This document shows, piece after piece, positions 1 to 10,728 of a stretch of 45,752 bases of DNA. The position numbers and the translations under genes were made by a program. The notes under the pieces were generated by a model, which searched no databases, was not told the DNA's origin, and saw nothing but the letters and a program-made list of their open reading frames with translations. This DNA comes from Catajapyx aquilonaris (Eukaryota), in the NCBI GenBank assembly GCA_000934665.2, contig JYFJ02000811.1:62001-107752 (forward strand), in the 5' to 3' direction. The first letter of the stretch is position 1. Each line of letters begins with the position of its first letter.

Positions 1-3000
1 TCAGCAGAGAAAAGGGCCGGAGAAGATATGCAGCTGGAGCAGGAAGGAGCTAGACATTCCGTCAGTCACTCTAGAGTTCCCATGCTCACGTGCTTGCATG
101 TGATCATATCGGACAAGTGCATGTGCTTGGGTGATTTTCCGCTGCACAGACGGATTTTGCTGGACACTTTTGTGCATGGTCTGCGCATCCGTTCCTCTGC
201 ATTGTGCTGAAATATGCTGTTACATTTATTGTTATTTATGAGCGTATCTTGCAAAACAAGAAGGAAGCCAAAACAAGGCAGAAGTTAATGCGTATATGGC
301 TCATCCAAAATGCATGATTTATTTTGGCAAGACCCCCGGCCAACGGGTAGAGATAGTGAAAAAATAGGCAGGAATCCGCCTGGATATTTAATGGCGAGGT
401 GCATGTAGGTGGGCAAGAATGTCAACATTTGTGGGAAAGCTGCCACATGGACATGCTGACCTTGATTGTATCTTCAACATGCTCCTCTTCGAGTCAATCA
501 AAAAGTCTATACATAATCATTAAGGGAAGCGCCTTCTGTCCAGATCGATCTTTCCGATGCATGATTCACGAGCAATATTGTTTGAGGAGATCGTAATCGC
601 CTCAGGTGTTGAGTCACACATATCTAATGGTAACCTCAGAGAAGTTTCTGATCGATCTAACTTCAGAGAGAGACCCCCAAAGTTTACACTTGAGACCGCA
701 AATCTTCGGTTGAGCGATGGAGGAACCCTCGGTTGCGGTTTAGAAACAGGTAATTTCTGGCAGCCCAACTTTTCTTCTACAAAAGGTAGTGTCGCGCACG
801 TGTCGCGGTCTGCGTGACTCACTTGATGCGTAGTACGTGAGTGATATTCCCGTTCCATATCCCGGTCAGAATATTCGTTGCAGGTCATCCAGTGGTGCCC
901 ATGAGACAAATGTGGCATATGAGCACAACTAATAGAGTCTTCTGCGAATAAGCTTAAGAGAGTTGATGAATGGATTCATGTCCAAATCACGCCTTTCTCG
1001 TTTCTTATCGCGTCGGAGTAAGCCAGGTAAGCAGGGACAATTCGTTCCAAAGGGGGACACCCTTGCCGTTTCCATCGGACAGGGCTATCCATCCTGGACT
1101 GGTCTTTATGCTGCCTGGAGAGAAGGAGGAGACACAAGCTGTGGCAGCAATGAGCACTTTTCCACCAACTCCAACCAGGTGACACTCCCTCCGTTTTATG
1201 CCTCTTTTTGGGCGGGGAGAGAATTCTGTCTTCATAGCATTTCGGCACAACATTGTTTGCATTGTGTTGGTGTCCATTCTGAGAACGAGTCCATCTCAGA
1301 ACTCGGGGGACTCGCTTATCTTCAAACCGTATGCTGCCTTGATGCTGTACTTTCCAAGAAAGGAATGTCCCGGTGACATTCTTGGTCCCAGAAATGCATA
1401 TCAAAATCACTATAGAAGCGCCTGGAGCAAATTGCAGCGAATCAGAAAATTTTAAATCGTATTAAAATGTACAAGAAGGATAAAGTGACGGAATTAAATA
1501 ATTTAATAAAATTCGGGAAATATTATACCATGGCCTCAATGTAGTAGGCTACGCACTGACAGTGAGTGTCCAAATAAATTGTATAGAAACTAACCCAATC
1601 CGGCCATTAATGTTCCTTCTTAATAACTCAATAGTGAGGTGTTGACGTGTCCCGATTGACACAATAATCCGAGTTTCACTTTCGACGCCCAAATTCCAAA
1701 TTATGTAACAAATCAACCACATCAAATCTCAAACCAGTTCCATAAAATCAAAATTCCGCCCAAAAGGCAAAACAAACCGCATAATAACCTGCCTACAGCC
1801 ACGCAACTACCTTCGAATTATACAACTGTCTACCTTCTTTTTTTGTTGTTTTGTTTGTTTCCATCCCGCCAACAAGAAGCCTCCATTCGAATACAAACAG
1901 GGCAATAAATAATACCGTGCGGTCATGATTGGCACACTTCGACATGAAAAACCAACACCTTATTATCGCCTGGCCAGCCTCGGGGCAACACAGGGGTTCG
2001 AGGGCAACAATCGTACGACCAAAAACCAACTGGAGAAAACAACTCCCCCCTGTCACGGCCAGGGATCGTATTGACGTAGTCTCATTAGAATAGGCATTCA
2101 TCTTGGGTATATGCACACACATACACCGCGTGCGTGTGTGTGTGTTTGAGGAGTTATAGGTCGTTCGTGAGAGGCATCCTTAGCCAGCCAGTCCCAATAT
2201 TGTAGAAGCCAAAGAGTCGCCATAACTTGCGCCCCGGACAGTGAAGAATGGTCCGGGGAGGAAGCTGAAGAATGGCCAGCTCCGAAATGGATGGGATAAG
2301 TGCCACGGATACTTTGTGTGGCAAGTCGACGTGGCAAACATGTCGGGTTGAACCAGCCTATATACGCACCCAAGCCCGGGACAGACTCTATGATATAGGA
2401 GACAGTAGTACCCAATAATAATTGGCATAATGATTGATTCAAATTGAGGGAATTTATTGACTGACTCAGTCAGGAACGTTGAAATAATAGAGCACAAAAA
2501 ATAATTTTAAGGATGTTTAAGGGGTTTTCCCCGTCGCGTCGCGTCGGTTCGCGATCAAGCAATATTTCGCAATAAAACTTATGTGGTTGCTAAATGTAGG
2601 TTGCATAGACAGGATTTTGCGCTGAAAGCTGCATGTCAGTGCATGTCGTAAAAACATTCATCCCACAATGAGATCACAACCTTTTCTCCTACCCAACCTG
2701 GAGGCTACTATACAGTATATCGTATGCTACAGTATGACATGCACATCACTCAATGATTTATTGTAAGGATAAGTGTAATTCATCAGAGAAGTGTGACGTT
2801 TCCATTCGTTCAGAAATATTATCAGACGAAGTCAAATAACAAAATAGGGCTCGATAATAATGCAAAGCAGGCCATGATACTGTACATTGAGTCCATATAT
2901 TATTTTGTTTAATTTCAACCACATTTGTGTATGTAATGGTCCGTGTACCACTCATGAGGCGTGCAATTATTTCATCATTATTAACATCGCATACAAAATA

Positions 3001-4206
3001 ATACGCAACAACAAACTATTATTAACGGTAATTAAATTTGTTTGACATCAGTTGACCCATGTAATCCCATCAATTTACCCCCTTGTGATTGCGCGTAATA
3101 ACTTCATCCCGCTAAAAAATTAACAAAAACTAACATGGTTGAAGTACTACCTGGCTCCCCTGATTTCACTATATCCAAAGCATTAAATTACTTTTTTTTA
3201 GAACCGGTGCAACAGCATTCGAGTGCCGCATATATATAACCCCCTTTTTTTGCCATGTTTTGTCTTTAAATAACAACCGGACCTGAGCCGAATAATAAAT
3301 ATTTCCATCCGACTCCTCCCTACAAAGGGAGTCGGAAAAAAATTTATAAACATCTTATACGCATTTTAAAATTTAAAAGAAATGGGATTCCGTAGATGAC
3401 GACTTAATGCGAAGGTCACTGATTTTAGTTACGTGCGAAGGAGACATCCGGTTGCAATAGCACCAACAATATAATATTTTCCTCGAATGGGATTCAGGCG
3501 GAAAAAATTCTACGCGGAGATGATTTTTGCTTACTCTCCTGGATAAATAATTGCCCTTTATTGCCCGATTAAAAAATCGCGGGACAGGAACGGTTTTAAT
3601 TTATAGCTCTATGGGCCTTTTTTAATGAACAAGGGGGCCAACGGAAAGATCACGCGAGTCGTTGAATTTCCCATTGCAAATAGCTTCGTGCAGGTTGCAA
3701 TGGGCGTAAGTACATACTTTATTTAAAATGAAATAAGGAGCATGTCGTATGTCGCCCTCTTGCATGACCCCTGAGGCCATCACTCCATCAGGTAAGTCTC
3801 TCCCAGGGAAAACAATTGAAATAATGCCAGCCTGGTTTGAAAGTCACGTATTTTTAAGGTGGGCCGACCCCCAACAAAACAGGCTGTGAATTTCCGACTG
3901 GAAATTTTGGCCGGATGAAACCCTCCTTGCGGTACCAACAAGACCTCTTTTCAACCTGCCTATTCAAAATGCTTGCGCTTGAGATCTTCATTTTTTTTCT
4001 AGTTACGTGAGGAGTACTCATAATTCGCTCGCACCCAGACCCAGTCATTATTGTGCCTAAAAAACAGGAGAAATATTCAGAGTAAAATTATTATTCAGGA
4101 TCCAATTGAATGTGTGACCATGACATGTGTAACGGGTTTCGTTCAGGGAGTGACGAGCCGTTTTGAGACACCCTGTACAAAAGAGCCGTTTGTTCATCCT
4201 ACTCAC

Positions 4207-4682
4207 CCAAGTTGGCAGTGAGGGCCTCGAGGTCTTTAGGTTTCCTTTTCCTGGGCCTCCCCTTCTGACCTCCTCCTGAGCCATTGTAGAAGTGCATCTT
4301 GGTCACCTCCCCTGGTCCCCCGAACTGCGACCTGGGGCAGTCCGGCGCCAACGGGAACATGCTGGGGGCTGTCTGCTGGTGCTGCTGGTGCTGTTGGGAT
4401 GTTGGTGGTGCGGACGGGGCAGGGGTCGGGGTGCTGGTAGGGGTGGGCACAGGAACAACAGGGGCCGAGGCTGGAATGGATCCGTTCAGGGCCATCTCGT
4501 AGTGTAACGAGCAGAACACCAGGTGGTCTTGCATTCCGAAGTGGTCTCCCTTGCTCAGGGCTCCGTTGCAAGTGACGCAGGTGAAGCAATGTACGTGAAA
4601 CACGTACTCTTTGGCCCGCATCACTAGCTCGTGGGATGCAATCGCCGCTTGGCAACGGGCGCATCTCTTCAGTCCGAACAAC
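4207..4682 (-). CDS. ap: apterous coding exon 3: LIM domain 2 and basic KGRPRKRK linker; gene continues beyond the left window edge
   Basis: Acceptor tttcttctccacag|G, donor TTG G|GTGAGT, 476 nt (phase 2 to 1). Encodes LFGLKRCARCQAAIASHELVMRAKEYVFHVHCFTCVTCNGALSKGDHFG...FCSLHYE and KGRPRKRKPKDLEALTANL, characteristic of Apterous/Lhx2/9. CG+G restores the Arg codon across the intron. Confidence 0.95.
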
Positions 4683-5631
4683 CTGTGGAGAAGAAACAAT
4701 ATTGTGTGCAAATTTCCAATCCAAACTTCGCATTGTAAAGGCGATAATCCAACTGCATCATATACCAAGCAACAGATGTCCCCCCTATGGGCCACGGTTG
4801 CCCCTCTTCACCTATCCATTATGTAGAAAATCTCAAAGTGAGATTAAGCCGCATCTTAGGCGTCCCCGACACTGTATGAAAAGCCAATTGGGAAAACGGG
4901 AGGCGATATTCAAAATGGACAAGACGGGGGCTCCCCTTTTTGTCCGGAAAAAAAATCAGTTGCCCCCGCGTGTAACAGTGTGTATAAAAAGGACATACCT
5001 TTGGCTGGCTTTCATTTCAAAGGGGGAGTTTCAGTATGAGAACTGGAAGGGGGTGGTTGTGAATGGGGAGGGCTTCCAGCCTCCTCCCAGCGGGGAGGCG
5101 GATTTCCTGCCCCCCGGTGATAAACAATGGCAACTTCTTTTGAAAGCCGCCATTTTCGGCATGATTTCCTACAAATGTTACCGCCACCCCCTGTGGCGAG
5201 CCCACAGAAGGCGAAGAATGGAGGCACCGGAGGCAAGCCTGGATTCCGAGTTACACTGTGAAAGCTACATACTTTGTCCCGAGCTTTCAACGACCAGTGA
5301 AAGCCGCCATCGTGCATGCACGTCAAAAGAAATGTGACCTCTCTTTCGCTATAAATACGACCAGGCTTGAATTAGCCCCCACTCGATTGTGAAAGTGTAT
5401 CCACCCCACTCGACATACCCCCTCTTTCAACAACAAAAAAAAAGATGGGTACAATTCACTTAAGCTGAAAATGAGGTGTCGATAGTCACGGCCCGTCACG
5501 CTAGCCTCATCCCTTTAGAGCGGCGAGGGCATGAAAAATCGCCCTCTCGAGACATGAATACGAACATAGGAGGAAAATTCGCCGTAATTCATATACCAAT
5601 TCCGGAGGCGGTATATTGCGATCAACATAAT

Positions 5632-5788
5632 AATACCGTCTACAGTAGCCTACTGGCTTGTAGATGTACTGCAGACTTGAAAATGGTACATCACGATTCA
5701 TGTACCGACTTGGACGTCAAATATACAAGTCAGTACTTGTAGACGGTATTTGTTGATCACAAGTACCACCTTCAAGTCGGTATACATG
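5632..5788. repeat. Interleaved imperfect inverted repeats (foldback/MITE-like remnant)
   Basis: aataccgtctaca (5632) pairs with tgtagacggtatt (5738); catgtaccgacttg (5699) and gacttgaaaatggtac pair with gtaccaccttcaagtcggtatacatg (5763-5788). Confidence 0.7.
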
Positions 5789-8671
5789 ACAGTGTACTTT
5801 TTCAACTTATTTAACCGAGATATGCCTGCTTTTTGCATTTTTAAAATATTTTTATTTTATGAGCAAATGAAGTTAACTAACATGATAACTAAAAACTAAC
5901 AACCTGTAGTGTTTAGGCATATCTGGGTGAGACAGTATCCAGCTCATTCCTGCATTCAAGTCTCCTGAATGCCACATATCCTGTGTAAAAATGGCGCGAC
6001 ACTTTCCTTACGATTTGGCAAGAAAGAAATAGGGTTTCCAAGTAGGCTTTTTGATTGTTTCTTCATTCCCTGGGCCTCCGGACAGGCGCAGAATACCCGG
6101 AAATCCATTCGACGTGGTTATCGCAAGGTACACGAAGGGAGTCCTCCCCAGACAATGGAAACGGATCACCTACTGAGCTGTTTCAAGCCAGTTTTCCTGC
6201 CTACCGGGGCCGTATATTTTTTTCTTGCCACAGATATTTCGAGCATCTTTTTTCGGCGCGAAAGGCTTTTTCTGATGCGGCGTGACCGAGTAATAAATCT
6301 CTTCGAAGATTACAGTCAGGTTTCAGTGCATCCCACAAACGTTTTCTCTCCACCCATACCACCCACTCCGCATATGGGCATGAGAAAAAAAAACTGGCAG
6401 TTTCCGTAGTTTTATCGCTAAGATATGTCTTCGGTCAGGCGCGGAATATTTACCAGTATTTCTTTAAGTTGTCCCGAAGCGGTACCATCAACTCTGATGA
6501 TCCATGTCCAGACACGCTCTACATTGATCGGACACCCAGCACGTTTCTCATTTCCACATCAGGGTGTGTCCAATCTGTCCATCTTGCAAAGTCCGCGAAA
6601 ATTTTTCATGACGTTACCCAATTTTTGCGCAATAAAGATGTGCAATGTCGCGCCAAGGGGGGTTTCCGCGAACAGATAGATCCGATTCCGTTCTTTTTTT
6701 TCTTTTCCACTTCACGTTTAGTTACTCAAGTGCAACCATCGCGGCAACCTTTCATGCTGCTTAGGCAGGCAAGCAATCGGCAAACACTATGGTGCTGCTT
6801 ACGTCATCTTTTTTTCCTCTCTCTTCATCTGTAACTACAATCCTCAAAGAGGAAAACGTGTCGGTGCGGTATATTCCGACCCGAATTTTTTGTGCCATTA
6901 TCCTCAACAGTGTGGTGACAATTAGGTCATCCGTCCCCAGAAAGGCACAGCAAATCGCAATTTCAGTAGCGAAAAAAAAATTCTTGGAAATTTTTATATA
7001 GGAGTAAACCGTCACTTACACCCAAGACAATTACATAGCAGTCATTAACATTTTGGGTACATTGTGCGAGACAGTTTTTTGTCACCTGCCTGAGTACCTG
7101 AATCCTTGATGTTTTTCCGAGCTTTAATCCCCGATTACCTCCCATCGCGTGTCAGTATTTAGCAATTAAGTAAAAAAGCATTATGAGGTAGCGGCCAACC
7201 TTTTGTAAACATGGTTGGGCCCGGGACCGGTTTTGTCACCTCCCACTTAATTACAGCCTTTGTACGTTACTAACCTAGAGTGCTTGTCACTTTTCTATCT
7301 AGCCACCCACCCCTCTTATGTGAGGCCATAAGTTCATAAGTGTTTAGGCGTTGACGGTTGATTACGATAATTAGAGTGGGGAGGCTACCGATTCGCCTGG
7401 AGGAATTATTAACCAGCCGTTTCCGCAAAGTAAGGTGTTGTCAGATGGATTTTAAAACCTCCGGTGATGACTGCTGATGCATTAAACATGGGTATACCGC
7501 CGCCCCTGCTGTCAATGTTATCAGCCGGAGATATTCCGGAGGGGCGCCATAACCTATCAATTATTAGTATGGGGAGACGAGAGGTTCGTTACGTGGTCAT
7601 CAACAAGTTTGATTGTTGCTTACATATTTTATAACGACGCAGGTTCATTCATTTTTAAAGGGCAGTGTACGGGAAAGATAGCTGTTTTTCTAGATATACT
7701 GCTTTCATAAGCGCACTAATTTGGCCAGTGTACTGCCATCATGTTGGCATCATATTCATTTGAAAGTCGCGCAGTATTTAGATTAAAGCCTGAATTTGGA
7801 TAATAAGTAGGCCTATACATATACCTTGATGTACTATGAAATTAGACATTTTAAATGCGGTACACATAGTGGCGCTGGGAAATATGGAATGCTGGCAAAA
7901 ATTATAAATTCCTTAAAATTAACTTAGACTGCGTATCATAATATGGAAAGTTATAAATTTGGTTGAAAAATTAGTACGGATATTATCTGTCATTGTCTGA
8001 TGAATATGTCCAAAATCTGTTTTCTGACTCACCAAAACATAATTATATCATTAGTATCAAAATGTTGAAATTGGCTTAACTCTGTGACAATGTGTAACAG
8101 ATTAACACCTGCATTAATAGACACAATTAGCATAACGACTCTGGGAAAAATTAACGCTAAGAACGCAATCAGTAAAATATTGTGTGTATAGTATACACTA
8201 CAGAAAATGATTTCATACTACATCGGTGTTTACGCGTGTTTACAAATAGGTCTACAATAATCAAGATTTTGCTTCAAAAAATCATTAAAACCATTTTGAC
8301 TTTTTCATATGTGATTAAAAATATAATATGCCTGCTGTGTATTTGAGTGGTCTGAAATGCAGGCCATCATCACAATGCATTAGGCTATATTTATTAGGTT
8401 ATTATTTTGATGTGCGGCTCTGAAACTCAATTCCATTGTTTTCTCACATTGCACAACCTCAAGTCCAGTCATGATATATGAATACACCAGCATTTAGATT
8501 TTAGAGAATGTTATTAATTTTCCCATCAATTATAGTGCACAACGAATAAATCCTGGTTGGTTCATCTACTCTTGAGTGGCGCAACTCAGATTCATAGGAG
8601 ACAACCGGTTGAAATCAGAGTATATAGGAAGGAACACTGATTCACACGCACGCAAAAGCACGTAATCTTAC

Positions 8672-9399
8672 CGGTAGTAGTCCTCCTTGCAGTAGATGCT
8701 ACCATCCCTTGCAAAGCAGGTACCTTCTGTCTCTAAGAGCATGTTGCACTGACAGCACTTGAGGCAAGAGCTGTGCCATCTCTGGTCCACTGCCATCAGG
8801 TAGAACCTGTCCACAATTTTGTCCCCGCAACCTGCACAGACCACTCCCGTCGCCCCACCGGCACTTGCAGCGTCCTCAGAAGCAGACGGACTCTCTCCGC
8901 TCTTACTGTTGGCGCCCGCAACTTCACCGACGCCACCGCCAGGAGCGCCACCTGCGACAGCCTCCATTTTGTTGCTGCTGCACGTGGACGACGGAGGCGA
9001 CACCACTCTTTGCGACGTCGGCGTCATCGACGACGGCGTCATGGGCTTGTGCGACGGGGACGTCGAAGGGTTGCCGCATGAAGTCAACGACGACGGTAAG
9101 GGAGGCGAGAGAGACGAGCTGGCGTGGTACTCGAACCCGACCTTTGGAGCACCTCCGTGGTGACCTCCCGGGTCGCCTTCTCCTTCGACGCCGGTGCAGT
9201 ATGAGGCAGGAGGCATCGGAGGGTACCAGGGCGCGCCGGGACCCATCATGAAACCGGTACCGCACCGCTCGAAGCAGCGGCTGCCTTCTGGGTCTCCGCT
9301 CGGGTGGTGGTGATGGTGATGGTGAGCCGACGGTGCGCTGGGTGACGGGGCGTGTGGCACAAGACGCTCCTGGACTGGCCCCCAGCGGTCGAACTGTTG
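8672..9399 (-). CDS. ap: apterous coding exon 2: His/Pro/Ser-rich N-terminal region and LIM domain 1
   Basis: Acceptor ttgttgacag|CAA, donor TAC TAC CG|GTAAGA, 728 nt (phase 0 to 2). Encodes CAGCGDKIVDRFYLMAVDQRWHSSCLKCCQCNMLLETEGTCFARDGSIYCKEDYYR, a canonical Lhx2/9-type LIM1. Confidence 0.95.
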
Positions 9400-10306
9400 C
9401 TGTCAACAACATAAATAATAATTTCGACTCAGTATTATCGCCATAATTATCTTCACCTTATATTGTGTCAGAAAATAAGCAACATCCCACATCAGCGAGT
9501 GACCTATTCTTAAACCCATGTTGCATCACAATCGTGACGTCACTTATCCCGTAATAACAACTTATACGCCCTTAATTTTTATCGCATTATAAAAATCACA
9601 GGTTCCCTCCGTCACGTGGTGCGTCATAAAGAGCGCAAGACATCAGGATACATGTCAGGCGTGCCGCAAACCATTAGCAGAACGGGTCAGTCCAGCCCAG
9701 GCGACGATCGCTTAATAACCAAAAAGGATAATTACGACTAATGAAATAGCAAGGTCTTCGTTCTGCATTTCACGCGCAAGCCTTTGCCAACTCAATTTGT
9801 GTGGGAAGAAGACTCTCATTATACCTCCACCGCCGTGCTTAACAATTTTTGCGATCATTACTATTAATTTTTTGAAATGCAAGAGTAGGAGGAGCCATTA
9901 GACGCCCGAGTCATACATGCTCCTAGACACATGAATTACGAATTAAATGCTTCTGGAGCAGGTCGCACCTCTACATGTGTCTGTGGGAACACTTCGCAAC
10001 ACTAGAGTTGTTTTCACGTATCGCAGGTGGAAATCTTCTCTCTTTTTTTCCTTCAGGAGGATGGACCCTTCTCTATAGCAATTTGTCTCGCCTTATCGTG
10101 GGGTTTGGGGGGCGCAACATCGACCCCGAGGTCACCTTGCTAACATGCGGTTACTTCCGAGCCTATTGCAAGGCTGTCCATTCACGCTTTGTATGTATCG
10201 AAAGCACAAATTGCTGGGTTCGAACCCGCCACTTTTGCAGGACTGTGGCGGAAGTGGTGGTAAGGCTTTCTTAAAGCTATTAAAAATATTTGTGGTTACA
10301 GCGCAC

Positions 10307-10728
10307 GTTTCGCAAACTGTACTTAAAACACATGCAAATTTTTGCGGAACATGTCCGCTCTAATTGGTTGTTTCGTTGTCGTCACCCGCATTTATCGGCG
10401 CAATAAATTTGAAAACTAGTGTACTTCACTTCTATGTCGAATTATGATTAAGGACCAGTCCAAATTATAACATAATCTCAGATTATATTATATTGTCAAT
10501 GCTTATAATACATACAATTATAACTAAATTTTCTTTCTTAAATATTGTTTTCATACAACTGCTCTTGACCTACAGTGTACTTCTCTGTAAGTACACGCTC
10601 TATTAAGAGTTTTGCAAATTGTTCCAGTCAACAAGATGCAAATTTTGACGGACCACACTACATGCCTTGTCGGCTCTAATTGCTTGTTTTCCACCAGTTG
10701 TTATCGGCGCAATAAATTCGAGAAAACT
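10307..10728. repeat. Diverged direct duplication (about 110-120 bp; 10307-10417 and 10609-10728)
   Basis: Collinear blocks atgcaaatttt, gctctaattg.ttgttt and an exact 18-mer ttatcggcgcaataaatt (10392 and 10701). Confidence 0.75.

Noticed and set aside
66..254. ERMRRP as a possible homeodomain start (KRMRTSF)
   Set aside because: No helix 1-3 residues or WFQN motif, and the frame does not fit the phase-1 donor.
4161..4178. Tc1/mariner-like terminal word (TACAGGGTGTCTCAAAA on the minus strand)
   Set aside because: No partner inverted repeat or transposase found; at most an isolated relic.
4683..4795. N-terminal extension MAHRGDICC... of the 198-aa ORF
   Set aside because: Intronic read-through upstream of the acceptor at 4683-4685.
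4636..5337. 233-aa plus-strand ORF
   Set aside because: No recognisable domain; antisense within an apterous intron and overlapping exon 3; most likely chance.
8773..9412. Several overlapping ORFs on both strands over apterous exon 2 (similarly 4236-4733 over exon 3)
   Set aside because: Shadow frames of GC-rich coding sequence; only one frame encodes LIM domains with matching splice phases.
10216..10227. GGGTTCGAACCC B-box suggesting a tRNA or SINE
   Set aside because: No A-box or cloverleaf in either orientation.
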